Assembly: GCF_009834535.1 (NCBI RefSeq)
Contig: NC_045697.1
Span: 97,714,001 to 97,778,000 of the forward strand
Length of the DNA: 64,000 nucleotides
Direction: 5' to 3'
Origin: Camelus ferus
Taxonomy: Eukaryota
Shown piece by piece: positions 51,253 through 64,000 of this stretch; position 1 is the first letter of the stretch; each line of letters opens with the position of its first letter. A program made the translations under genes and the position numbers. The notes beneath the pieces are model-generated. The model did no database searches, was not told the DNA's origin, and was given only the letters and a program-made list of their open reading frames with translations.

Positions 51253-53935
51253 GAGGCTATGCAGAAAATAGGGGGAAATTACCTCCTAGCCCTAAGAACA
51301 GGTCTGCTTTCACTACAGCATAAACTAATCACTAAACTCTTTTTATATGCTTCATACCCTAGAATCTTTAAAAATAAATGCCTTTTTAAAATTCAGTAAC
51401 ATTGTCTGGAAGAATAAATGATGTTTTCTTTTTAATTACACAATTCAGCTACCTGTTCATAATAAATGGAGATATACCATTTAATATGTTAGTGAGAGGG
51501 GATAAAATTATATTATCCATCTTCTTCATCATTGCTTCAAGTCTGAATAAACCAAAAACCATATCTTATCACTATTCTAAAATATTACAACATTAAGTAT
51601 AACATAAAAATTGATTAAGAAATCAGGTAACCCATAATCCACGTCAACTAATAAAATAGTCGAAGTGCTGCTAGTATCTGCTGCAGTAGGTGCTAGCAAT
51701 GCCCTATCCAGATCCCACTCACAGAACAGGTGCAAGATCATCCCTCAGTTGCTATGAATGATGACTGTTGACAGTTCATGGATCTCTCCTCCTATAGAGA
51801 ATTGCCCATGGCCAACTGGGAGCTACCTTTCCCAGAAGGTTAAGACTCCATGGAGGATGGAGGCAACCAGTAGCCAATAACGGATCTACCTAGGGTACCT
51901 CAACATGGGACCAACTCCATGGTGCAGTTCATACTTCAGATCTTCCAGGGGACCAGTTTGAAGCATGCCTCCAGCAGAAACCTTGTGCTGGTGCCCCCTT
52001 CACCATCTTTATTCCTTTGCATTGGGTGAACTGAGACAGCATCTAAGTGGAAGGGCATGGACTAGCTGGTGCAATAAGAGGGATACAGGAACTGTCAGTA
52101 CTGGGGAGTTAGGTGCTATGGCAAAGTGTTCTGTCATATTGGGAAGAGAAAATGAGAGGCTCACATTTAATAATAAAAACGTTTCAATCAAAGTATGAGT
52201 CAGAGCTTTCTTGGCAGCATTTAAAATGCCAACAATTCACTGTAGCTGAAGGGCAGGAGAGCTGAAATTCTGGCATGAGTCTTAATTGTAAGAGAGGCAG
52301 AAGTTGAAAGAAAAATGCATTCTTGGCTTAGCCAAGTATTCCATAACAAAGTCACAGCCCTACTAGACAAGAAGTGGGAATCCTAAGACTTTGGATGGAC
52401 TCACCTGGGATAGATCCCCTTGAGTTCTTGAACTTCCAGATTCCCCTGAACCCTGTGTGATGACAGATGGAGCCCACGTTCCTTTGAAGATAGGGTAAAC
52501 CCTTTACTTAAAGCCCATGCAGAGTTCCCATACATAACCCTGTAAGACAATGCTTGTTCCCCTTAGGATCTACCTCCACCTCCATTCTTGGCCCCCTGCA
52601 TCCACAATTAGGGTCAAATTTCAGCAAAATCTGACCAACAGTGTTCTAAGTCTACCAAGAGAGGACAGAGGTTACATATCAAAGGCACTGCAGAATCTAG
52701 CTAACATGTAATAGCAGGAAACAAGAATACTCCTGGGAGTGAATTCTGAGAGTGCTGGATCAATAGAGGTAGAATATCAAACTAGATAGGAGAGAGTTTG
52801 TCAGTATAGGAGACACACTCCCATGACACAAGATTGAACATCCCTGAGAAGATGAGCCAAATACATGGCTTGGTACAGCTTTTAGAAGCTTACAAAAGGT
52901 GATGGGCTCAAATTAAATAAAGTAGAGATGCCAGCGCTGCCAATTGAGACCATGGAGGAAGAAATAAAAAACTTAGAGTGGTGGGCATTCTAGAATGGTT
53001 CTACTATTTAAGTATTAAGAAAACAATAATTGACTGCACTTTTTGGAAGAGCCTGGAACACACTCCATTTACCACAGCAGTGAGAAAAGCAGATTGCAAA
53101 GGGGCACTCGCATCGCTGAGAAGCTCACCAACAGTTGCTCTCTGAAGGCTGGGACTGATGGGAAGAGACGCTAACAAAGAATAAGGCTTCCTAGTAGCAG
53201 TGAGACCACAGTACCCCAAACAACAGTGGATATCATTATTGGAATGAGCAGCAAGGTCAGAACACAGTTTTAAAAAGATCAATCTGTAGGGATCTATTGT
53301 CATGGAGAGTAGAACAAATTTCCTATGGGCATGTTAGATGGGTGGCCATAAGGATATTTCTTAACATACATAATCAAAAAAAGCAGGTATAGACGAAAAG
53401 GCTGAGGTCAGCTATACAAATGGAAAATCATGATCCTTTCCCCTAGTTTCCAAACCTAAGCCAGTCCTCAAACTCAGAGCCCACTAACTGAAAGAGTGAC
53501 CAAGTCCCCATTCAGAAGGACTATGAAACACCACGCTAATTACATACAGTGGTAATTTTCCCAGTCCTTTTCCCTTGAGGGACCTATAGTCACATACTTA
53601 GGTAACTATACCTTGAGAAGAGGACTGTTCAGATCTTTCTAGGGCTGTTGAATAGAGTTGGATCTGACCCCAGTATCTGGAACGCCAAAGTGCCCTCCTG
53701 GCTCCTCTGTTAAAGTGAGAGTATATGGAGTCAGGCAATAAGTGGAGTCCCAGCTTAGGCTTGGATCCATCTCATGGTAGGTCCACTGGGTATACAGACC
53801 CAAGCAGTAGTAATTTCCAAGGTTCTCAAATGTATGATTGAAATGAACAGACTTACAGTTGGTAAAACCCTCCTATAGGTTCCTTGACCTATAAAGTAAG
53901 AGCTATTGTAGTAGAGAGGTGAAATGGAAGCTCTA

Positions 53936-54911
53936 TGCATTAGTTATCCATGCTGCATTAAATGAGATTACCACAGAGACTTAATGTCAAAGGTCCAGGT
54001 GGGCTCAACTGTAATCTTTGCTGAGAGTCTCACAAGGCTGAACTGTTCTCTTATCAGAAGGCTCTGAAGGATCCCCTTCCAGGCTCATTAGAATTTGGGA
54101 GACAGTTCATCTTCCTTCAGCTGTAGCACTGATGGTCTTGTTTTCTTGATGGACGTCAGCTCCTAGAGGCTACCATCTTGTCCTTGCCCTGTGCCCCTTC
54201 TATCTCAGCCATGGAGAGCCTCCCTCAGTTCAGTCGCTCTTACGGGAATTTCTCTGACTTCTTTTGCCACAAGTTGGGAAAAACACTGCTTTAAAGGGCT
54301 CATATAATTTGATTAGGACCACCCAGATAATCTCTCTTTTACCGTGTCATGTAGCCCCATCATGGAAGTAATGTATGGGGCCAAAGATCTTGCAGACTGG
54401 ATCAGTTTCCTGCTGCTCTGCCAACAAACACAAAATGGCTTAAATGATACAAATTTATTGTCTTATGGTTCTGGAGGTCAAAATCTCAAATGGGTCTCAC
54501 TGGGTTTAAATCAAAGTGTTGGCAGGGCTGCATTACTTCTGGAGACCCTAGGGGGGAATCTGTTTTTATTGCCTTTTCTAGCTTCTAGAGTCAATCCTAA
54601 TTCCTTAGCTCACTGTCCCTTCAAAATCAGCAATATCAAACTCAGTCTTTCTTACATTGCCATCTCTCTGGTTCCTTTTGCCGCCCTCTTTTCCTTTTAA
54701 GAACTTTTTGATTACATCAGGCCCAGCCAGACAATCCATGTTATCCTATTTTAAGGTAAGCATTAGCATTCATAATTCCATCTGCAACATCAATTACCCT
54801 TTGCCATGTAACCTAACACATTTACAGGTTCTGGGGATCAGGGCATTGACATTTTTAGGGGCCCATTACTCCATCTACCACAGAGGCCATCACAAAATTC
54901 TGCCTACCACA
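53936..54911 (-). mobile_element. MLT1E-like LTR inserted in the ERVL internal region
   Basis: TG...CA ends (tgcattagtt ... ttctgcctaccaca), approximate 5-bp TSD ctcta/ccctg, motifs gagtctcacaaggctgaa and tttaaagggctcat...cccagataatct. Confidence 0.75.
54398..54882 (-). mobile_element. MLT1D-like LTR nested in the MLT1E-like LTR
   Basis: tggcttaaa...aaatttattgtcttatggttctggaggtca...gggtctcactggg...ttgccatgtaacctaacacatttacaggttctggggat...ctaccaca. Confidence 0.82.
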
Positions 54912-54959
54912 CCCTGAAACAGCACCCACTAGCCTAGATAATAAATTAAAAAACAATTG

Positions 54960-55720
54960 CAATTGGTGAGGAATGGCAGAAACAAGTGCCACCTCCAATG
55001 GCACAAGGATGCAGAGGGATCATACTCCTTTTTAAGTCATCAGTTTGGCCCCTGGGAAAACTAGGTAAAATGTGGTCAATGAAAGCAGACTACTGTAAAC
55101 CTAACCAAGATTAATCCCAGTTATCACTGCTGTTTCAGCTGTGATCATTTCACTAGAGCAGCTCCTGGTACAACGTGTAGTCATTATACAAAATAACCAA
55201 AGCTGTTATTCAAAATGGTGTCAGATGGCATTTGTCCTCAGTACTTGTGTAATAGACTCATAGACAAAGTAGGAATGTTACAGAGGTGGAGGCTCTACAT
55301 GAGGCCAATTGCATGGACTCTCAATAAGAGAGATCTAGGTACTATCACTGAGGAGTGTTTGACAATCCAACAACAGAGGCAAAACCTGAACCCTAAAGGA
55401 GGATGGTCCCTTGAGAAGATTAGCCAGCTACTTGGTGCAAAATGACAATACTGGACTCTTTCCACATTGACAGGGACAACCTTTCATTCTGATGGAACTG
55501 ATGGGTTTATCTTTCCTGCTCACAAAACCTTAGGCAATATCACTATCACTATCAGAGGACTTGTGGAGAGACTGGCTTATCTTAACAGGAGTCCTTCTAA
55601 CATTGCCTCAAAGCAAGGGACCTACTTTACAGCAAAGGAGGTGTGTCGTGACCATGCTGCCCAATGTTTCTACCATACACCACACTATCCAGAAGCTGAT
55701 GACTTGACAGAGTATTAGTC
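54960..55720 (+). pseudogene. ERVL pol remnants (RT N-terminus and integrase core)
   Basis: TPFKSSVWPLGK...WSMKADYCKPNQ resembles RT FNSPIWPV..WRMTVDYRKLNQ. TIRGLVERL...IASKQGTYFTAKEV...YHTPHYPEA resembles integrase IASDQGTHFTAKEV...YHVPHHPEA. Multiple stops and deletions. Confidence 0.8.
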
Positions 55721-58700
55721 TCTTGGGAGCACAGCTGGGGCACTAGTTTAGAGAGGACACCCTGGAAGGATGGGAGTCCTACTTCAGGATGAGGCATAAA
55801 CCCTAAACCAAGAAACATTATATGATTCAATGTTATCAATAGATTGATGTCAGAAAGGAAAGGTCTGGGAAACAAGGGGTGGAAATAGTTGTGGTAACCT
55901 CACAGTATCCAACTTGAGAAATGTATGCCTTTAGTCCCTGAAGCTTTAGGTTCTGACATCCTGGAGGAACTATCTCCCAGAAGAGGGAGGTTTCTCCCAG
56001 GGGACACAGTATGAGTCCCACTAAACTTAAAGAAAGAGCTATTGCCTGGCCATTTTGAGTTCCTCGTGTAAGTGGATCAGCAGAAACAGAAAGGAATTGC
56101 CATACGGGCAGGGCCAACTGACCCTCATCTTCGTGATGATGTTAAGACTGCTGCTACAAACTGGATGACAGGAACAAGTATGTTTGGTACTCGGATAGTC
56201 TGTGGAAGCATGGTACTCCTATATCCAATTTTAATTGTAAATGCACAAGTATAGCAGCCACAGACCAATAAGAAGAGCCTCATAACCAATGACCTATCAG
56301 AAAGTTACTCCACCAGGCAAGCCATCTAGATAAACAGAAATGCTAGCCAAAGGAGGGAGGGAATATAGAGTGGGTGGTGGAGGAGAGAAGAGTAGTTACC
56401 TCCTCAGGAACAAACAACTAGGGTTGTGGTCCATCCCACAAACCATCCTCTTATATATGTTTCCTAGAAATTGTGGCCAACCAGAAACTTTTTTTTTTTT
56501 TGAGACTCAAGGTGGCTGATATTTACTTACGTGTACATAGTTCACACAGATAAGCAGAACTTTTTTAAAAAAGATATTGGAATTCTTTTAATTGAATGAC
56601 TTTTAAAGTTGAGCTTCCATTATAAAATGTAGGTAAAAACACAGAGGATTTTAGAACTTAGAATAAATCCCTCGACATTAGAGTTTAGAAGGAGTGGAAT
56701 AACCATTCATTCAATATCTACTGTGTCCCAATCATCACAAGACTGCTAACTGCAAATAAAGGATCTCATTAAATCTTTCCAACATCTCCCAACAAAAGTA
56801 ATGATCACAGTGACCATTTTATACTCATTGCCACTGTCAGTAAATAAGCTGTGCCTGAATGTAGTAAACTAAATGTAAGAAGCAAGAGGACCTGAGTGGT
56901 GCAAGTGGTAGACAATAAGAGATGCTCTTGGTACCCCATCCAGATCCCCTTTTCCAGACCAGGACTTCATCCCTCAATTACCTGCTATGAGTATCACCAT
57001 CAGAGTCATAGCTACCCATTCTCTGGAGAACTGTTCCTGCAAAAAAGCAGCTAATTCCCCACCAGCAATCCTTGGCCAATGACTGACATGGATATGAGGC
57101 CTCCAGGTGGGACCAGTGGGGTGCTGTCCTATGACACACAATTTGTGCTCCAGCACTCCTATGGCACCAGGCTTAACCTACTTTCCAGCAGAGACCAGAG
57201 TCTCTGCTTTCTTCTTCCCGCCCTGTCCTGCTTACCTCACTTTCCCCACACTGAGAGCATTTTCTTAATAAGTCATTTTCATAAAAATTCCCATCTCAAC
57301 CTCTGTTTCTAGGAAACCCAACCCAAGACACTCTCCCTGATCATATTCCTTTCCTACATCTACCAGAGATAAATAATCTTAGAAAGGTATTAGTTATATG
57401 TTCATCTGTGTTTACTATATATGCATGTATGTCTAAATAATATACAATATTGTTTGAATATTTATTCAATTTATAGAAACTGTATTAACTTATTTGTACC
57501 TTTCAGAAATTTGTTTTTTTCAGAGTTTCTGAGAATTATAACATTTATAAATAGATGCTAGATACAGATATTTATTAGTCTTAATTTAATCATTCCACAG
57601 CATTCCTTAACTATGGTATTTCAAGGATTTTTAAAATTTCTTAACTATAAAAAATGCAGCTCTCAGCATTCTTGTGCCTGAAAATATTTATCTAAATTTG
57701 ACTCTTCCCAGGAGAGAAATTGCCTGGGAAAAGTGTATATGCATTTTTAACCTAACTGCCAATTTTTTTTTTAAAGTAATGTAGTTGAAGCAATTCACAG
57801 TATCACAAGGGGAGTTAATGCGTTCACAATAGTCTACATTCTTACCAATACTGGTATTCTAATATTTTAATATTTCCTGATTTCTCGAGTGTATGAAACA
57901 GTATCACTGAGGCTTCAAGCTTCATTTATCTGATTACTCATCAGGTAGAGCATTGTTTCATTTCTTTATAATAATTCAGGTTTCCTCTTTTAGGAAATGT
58001 CTGTATATATATTTGAGTATTCTGTAGAATTGTCCTTTTCTTATTGATTTGTGGGAAATCTTTATAAATTCTCAATACTAGTATTTGTGAAAATTTTCTC
58101 CAGTCTGCAGGCTGTCTTTTCATCTTGTACTGTTATTTGCTGATGAATACAGTTTTAAAATTTAGTTTAACTGAATTTATCAATCTCTTTTTGAAGCTTC
58201 CTTTTTTAAGAAAAGCTTCCCTACCCCAAAATCAGGAAGATACTGTCCTAAATTTCCTTCTAATTTTTATAATTCTTACCTTCAAATTTGTATCTTTAAA
58301 TGTTTAGAATAGATTTTTGCTATGAGTTTATCAGTTGTCCCAGTATCATTTATTAAACTGTCTTTTCTCTTATCCAGATCATCAGTGGCAGCCCTGTCAT
58401 TTATTACCAATCTATAACTATATGGGCCTATTTTTTTGTTTTCTGTTTCATTCCATGAGTCCCCTTCTGTATCTGTAAACCAGCCACGCTGTCCTAATAA
58501 TTATGTCTTCAGTTTTTCTTGGTATTTGGTAGAACAGGTCTACCATCTGTTCTTTCTTTTGTCAAAATTATTCTGGCTATAATATACCCTTCCATGATAC
58601 TTGAAAAATAGACTTACTGAGTTCCATTAAAAATTCTTTGGGTTTTTGACTGAATATATAGAGTAATTCAGTGAATTGACATCTTTGAGATACTGATTAA

Positions 58701-59099
58701 CTTATTCTTCCCATACAATTAGATATTTTACTCCTTTTACATCTTGACATTATTTTTAGTTTCTTACTATTGTTTCATGATTTTTTCAATCCTTTATTTC
58801 TAATTTGTCTAAATTTGCTGCTATTTCAGTAGACTTTTTCAACCTTTATTTTAAATTATTTTATTAACTTACTATTTAACATTTAATATAATTATGCAGT
58901 TCAAAAGTCAAGTCTTTCTCTAATTTCTCTTCTTCAAAACATTTTCCCTTAAACAAGTGTCTAATGTTATAAAATTTTAAATATAGTAACATTTCATGCT
59001 TATATATGAAAACATGCATATATTTTTTCCTTTTTATATAAATGGAGTGTTTTAAATAAATGGAAGAGTACATAGAAATTTATGTAACTTATATGAATT

Positions 59100-59205
59100 G
59101 TTTGGGGGGGTAATTAGATCGTTTATTTTTAACAGAGGTTCTGGGATTGAACCCAGGACCTCCTGTATGCACGCACTCTACCATTGAGCTACACCCTTCC
59201 CTGCC
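59100..59205 (-). mobile_element. tRNA-derived SINE, camelid Vic-1 type (internally deleted)
   Basis: Minus strand gggaagggtgtagctcaatggtagagtgcgtgcatacaggaggtcctgggttcaatcccag...taattacccc. TSD acttatatgaatt (59087-59099) / acttgtatgtatt (59206-59218). Confidence 0.85.
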
Positions 59206-59409
59206 ACTTGTATGTATTTTTTAAACAATAATAAAATAAACAACTGTGCATAAGCATCAGCTTAAGAAATGGCACACTGCTAATCCCTTTGCATCCCTGT
59301 TATCACCCCCAATCACATATTCCATTTCACCCCTTAATAGTACTTGAGGGATGTGCTTTCTAAAAGCACTACACAGAAGAAAATCCAGTTTTTCTCTCAC
59401 CAAGGTCCA

Positions 59410-59456
59410 CAACAACAACATCATCATCATCATTTCTTCTCCTCCTCCTCCTTCTT
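59410..59456 (+). repeat. Compound trinucleotide repeat (CAA/CAT/TTC/TCC)
   Basis: caacaacaacatcatcatcatcatttcttctcctcctcctccttctt. Confidence 0.8.
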
Positions 59457-62400
59457 GGTTCATAGATTCTTTTTTCTACAACAATGTATAGCTTTTCTCC
59501 AGTAGGTTCCCTTGTCCTTCCTGCACTCCTCGAGTGTGTGTTTCAGTGTCCGGCTCAGGTCTACACTGAAGTGACTTGTGTGGACATCATCTAGAAGGAT
59601 GCCCAGCAACACTGAGCACAACTTGGCAATGGTTGTGAATTGGCATTAACATACTACTAACTCACCACAGAGGCGCATGGAATGTCTCCTGGTAATGCCA
59701 GATCATCTACTGTCTTTCCAGGTCCCCAGACAGTACATTTGTAATTTCAATTAGGTTAAATTCTTGGTATTTTACAGTGTGTCATTATAAAGAACAGTTC
59801 AGTTTACAATTTTTTTCCTCTTGGTGATTGCTTTTGTAAATTGTTTTTCTTTCCAGAGCTAATAGATCACACTGCTAAGTTCTAATTGTTTGTTGGTTTT
59901 GTTGTTGCCATTTCTAGGTAGATGGTCACATAGTCTGTAAAGAGTGAGCTGTTTCTCTTCTCCTTCAATGCTGCTCTTTTATGTTTCTTTCCTTATGCAA
60001 TTAGACATAATTGTCAGTATTCTTTTAAATACTAGTAAAGATAGTGGGCATCTTTGTCGTGTTTCCTATCTTAAAGGGAATGAATAATATTTCATTAGGG
60101 ATTGGGATATAAAACCTTTTCAAATTAATGAAGTTTTTTCCCTTATCCTAATATGCTAAGAGTTTTATTTTTAACAAAAAATAAATGTTTAACTTGATTA
60201 AATGCTTTTTCTACACTGATTGAAGTTGTTTATGACTTTTCTTATTTAGCCTATTCACATCCTTAAATACAGTAATCAAATTTATGATATCAAAAAACTT
60301 ACATTTTTGTGATAAAATCTACATTTTCTTCATCTGTTATTTTAAATGGATTATTACATTCATTTAGCCAATGATTTATTTATAAATTTTACATTTCTTT
60401 CCACTAATATAAAATAGGAAATAGCTCTTTTTTGAAAGTTTGGTAGAACTCACACATAAAACCTCCTCATGCTGTAGCCTTGCGAGAGAGGAAAACTTCA
60501 ATGACCATTTCAGTTTCTTTATTGCTTATTGATCTGTTCAAATTCTTTTTTCTCATTCTCAGAGAGAAAAGTAATTTACCCAATTTTCTGTTGCCATTTA
60601 CTGACAGAGACAAAAATTTAGCTAAGGTTTCATTGATTCCATTGCTCATGCTCTTAACCACTGTAATAACTATCATTCAGCCCTATCTCGTTTAGACAAT
60701 ATCCTCCCTAAATATGGAGTATGAAAGGAGAATCAAATAGACAAACATAGTGAAAATTGTGTATATAGAAGAAGACTTGTTAGCCTGAAATGTAGATTGA
60801 AGGCAGGTGTAATGAAGGGAGAAAAAAATAAATGAGAAAAGTTATTACAACAACCAAGGCACAAGATGAAGAGTACAGAATGTATTACTGTTGATGGGAA
60901 ACAAAAGAAAAGAAAATGGTAGATGGCCAAAACGAGAGAACATGGAGTGAAATGTAAAAATAAATAAATACCCCGAAAAATGTGAAGTGGAAATATCCAG
61001 TTTCTTTGGCAGAAGACAAAACACCTTAAATCATAAAAGAAAAAGACTGAAAGGAAGAAGTGGTCATGAATGAATTCAGTTACATATCCCTGCGGTGTAA
61101 ATATCCATTCTTTCTCCTCCTTGAGTTTCTCTCCCCTGTGGAGGGCAGGTCATTCATATAGCCTTCCTGGCTTCTCCTACTCACTCACTCCTCCCAAAGG
61201 ATGGAGGAATGATTTAAAGAGGATCTTGGCAGAGTATCCCCATCCTTTCCTCCCTGTTTCCTTTGGGATGAGCTCTAGAGAGTATTCTGCTCTGCCCCAC
61301 CGCCAAGCCACCAGTTCTAGAGAATCAATCTTGAACCTCTCAGTGCGGGCCCTGCCCCAGGCCAAAGCTGTCAGTGATGAGGTGGCTAGATCTGTCTGAT
61401 TCTGGGTCTTAATATTAGGATTAGGCATAAGCCACATCTTCCAAAACAGCTTTACCATTCATAAGGTTTCTATTTGGCTTCTCAGTTTGCCTATTGTGTT
61501 TTGTCAATTAGTTCAGAACTCAGAATAGGAAAATGAGTCGTATTTTTTGACTTCTTCAAGCACCAAACATTCATTAAGACTGATATACAATACACTAGTG
61601 TTTAGAAATTTAAAATAAACAGTTGATTTGTTTGAAACGAAAACAAGAATTCATGAAACAGTCACATAGAGGTGAAAGTTAAAGTTGTAGGAAAGAATTA
61701 CAGAAACTGATTTTGAAGCTCCAGCTTTGAGAGTTCTTTACATAAGATGAAATAGAGTTCATATTCCAGGATGCAGAGAACTACTTGAAATGGTAAGAGG
61801 TAAATCAGAAACCAAGGAAAAAGTAGTTTTTAAGAAAGAGGAGATTCTTGACAGGATCAGATTCCCAGAAGGCTTGGTAAGAACAGCGTTCATATATCTG
61901 TATGTGGTGGGGGGTGAGCACCATGGTGGTTGTCCTAGGATTTTGCAAAAGAGAGAGAAAGAGAAATTATGGGACTCTTGAGGAAAGAAAGTACCCAATG
62001 TTTCTTCATTTCGTGGGAAATTTCAGTTCTAACACAGTCCACAAATACACTTAACACAGACCCTTTTACATAAAGTTACTTGAAACCTAGGAAGACTAGA
62101 CGGTACATTGATGAAGGGCTTTGTGGCATGTGTATGTACTTGTGTAATTGTTGGGGAAGGGGGGAAGGAATTAAGTTTGTCAAAAATGTGATTAAAAACT
62201 GGCTTTTGTGTTCAGCTGTGAACTTTCCATTTTCAGTTGACTCCTTCAAGGTCAAAATAAAACACCAAACAGCAATGAAAACCAAAACCAAATCCTGCCG
62301 TCTTTTATTCTCTCTCTTCTACTGGCTTTATTCTGCATTTCCTGAATTCCCATCCCGATTTCTTTTCAGTCTTTCTGCACTTTGCAGAAGATACTTATAT

Positions 62401-64000
62401 AGTATTTAAATCCAGAAAAATCTTGCTAAGGTTTGATTTGATTTGAGAGAGAAAAAATGGATTTGCTTTGCTTTTTACCTCTTAGTTTATCCTCATCTCA
62501 AAGTTCTAAGTTGTAATGAACTAATTCTAACTTGAAAGAGAAGCATGAATCCAATCTCAATAGGGAAAACTTGGTTTGTATTTTCACTATTGCCTCTATT
62601 CAAAGTTAGGAATTCCCAGTATTACTGACCTATATCCAATTCTGTGAATATTGATCCTGGAAGGATATAGAAATGTACCATCATTGTCTTCAGATTTTTC
62701 CTCTGGAGAAATAGAGACTGGCTCCTCTAAATTTTCCACACCTTAGCATGAATAATTACTGTAGGAAAACTTAAGGATATAAATAAACATGCAATAATAA
62801 CTCATGAGACCAGCAGCTTGACCATAATTGCTTCCCTAGACCCATCTTTAGTCTATATTTAGACTCTATTTCTACTATTGACTATTTCCCCAAATCTCTA
62901 TTCAACCAAAAGAGAAATATTTCCTGAAAGCTTTTGTTTAATCAGTACATAAATTATATGTATCTAATCTGTTGATTGGTTGATTTTCTTAGATCAAATT
63001 CAATCAACTCTGGTCGGCTATAAGAGTGAGAGGGAGGGGTCATTACATGGTGTAAATTATTGCTCACCCACATGGCTGAACAGACAGGATGGATGGCGAG
63101 CCAGCAGGAATGAGAAATAATAATTCAGTACCATGATTACCAATATTTTTTAATATTACTCATACACATAATATTATCCCATGTTTGATTAAAGACACCT
63201 GCTCTCTCCTCAGACCTTCAGACAACTCATCCCATATTAATGATACAGTTTCATGGCCTATGCTCTTTTTAGTATCAAAAGCCAATCCTGATGTTAACGC
63301 CATTCTGTGACCTTTGACATTTTTAGTCATTACCAATATATCCTGTACAGAATGATTGGGGAAAGCAAACATAACATTCAATAATTGTAATTCCTATTTA
63401 ATTTTAAGAAAAGAAGAAATTACTATGAATCTCATTAGTGGGTATGAACCTCTGCAGCTAGTTAACAGGTCTTTCCTTTACCCATTTCTATGTTCTACAG
63501 GCATTGAGCCAGTACTTCCGAGAAGACTCCTTGCCAGATTATCTTTATTACAGATGAATCTAAGTCCATGTTGTAGTTGCCCTGTAATGTTCAGTTATTC
63601 TTACAAATGGTAAGATAAATATACACTTGGAAATCATCTGCATTTTACCCTTAGTGTATTTGGCCTCCACTAGGCAGCAGAAATATTATTTACTATTGAA
63701 AATTAGTCATTTATTCATCCAACAATGTAAATTTGTCTACCTTTATATAAAACAAACACAAAATTGTGTTCTCGTATGTAATAAGGAGCCCACGTTTCCA
63801 AGGTTTTATTTCAAATTGATTGGGACCATTATTATTTCCCTCAGTAGACATGTCACTCCATTTGGTGGTGAACCTCAGACCCATAGACACAAGAATAGAG
63901 TTCAGGAAAATTTTGAGAGTTTATTATGTGTAATGTTTTGATGAATTCTTAGCCATTATTTCCTTAAATATTACTTCTACCCCAATTCTCCCTCCTCCTC

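Larger units (their letters stand above)
51682..57330 (+). mobile_element. Decayed ERVL provirus with LTR16-type LTRs (5' LTR ~51682-52038, 3' LTR ~56913-57330)
   Basis: Both LTRs share atccagatccc...catccctca(g/a)tt...tgctatga...gagaa(t/c)tg...tccagcaga. The internal region holds gag/pro/pol remnants; the 3' LTR ends tctgtttctaggaaacccaacccaagaca. Confidence 0.82.
57380..60660 (-). mobile_element. Decayed L1M (L1ME-like) fragments
   Basis: MKRQPADWRK (57941-58123, minus); agttgtcccagtatcatttattaaa; agtaaagatagtgggcatctttgtcgtgtttcct. Interrupted by a SINE and unassigned sequence ~59230-59750. Confidence 0.65.

Noticed and set aside
59257..59463. ORF with poly-Gly/poly-Met start
   Set aside because: Translation of a compound trinucleotide microsatellite; no coding evidence.

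Overview
Eukaryotic, AT-rich, repeat-dense mammalian DNA with no protein-coding gene that I can support. It is probably intergenic or deep intronic. Two copies of a tRNA-derived SINE of the camelid Vic-1 type (43260-43386, 59100-59205) and cetartiodactyl-type L1 3' ends suggest a camelid genome (alpaca, llama or camel); this is an inference. Nearly all supplied ORFs are decayed L1/ERV fragments, low-complexity artefacts or chance ORFs. The main structure is a ~13-kb nested insertion inside an MLT1 LTR (13.5-26.9 kb): an L1 with both ends and a probable 3' transduction, whose ORF1 is replaced by a ~3.8-kb strand-asymmetric purine-rich complex array, plus a younger RT-deleted L1 inserted in the transduced flank. 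Also present are an internally deleted, possibly spliced L1 with ~350-bp 5'UTR monomers (5.8-8.6 kb), a decayed two-LTR ERVL provirus with nested MLT1s (51.7-57.3 kb), a polyadenylated LTR retrocopy, a short local templated duplication, a strong CTCF motif (44275-44293) and a candidate 18-nt micro-exon. Repeat family names come from recalled consensus motifs, not from a database search, and many boundaries are approximate. I see no convincing evidence of a new gene system.
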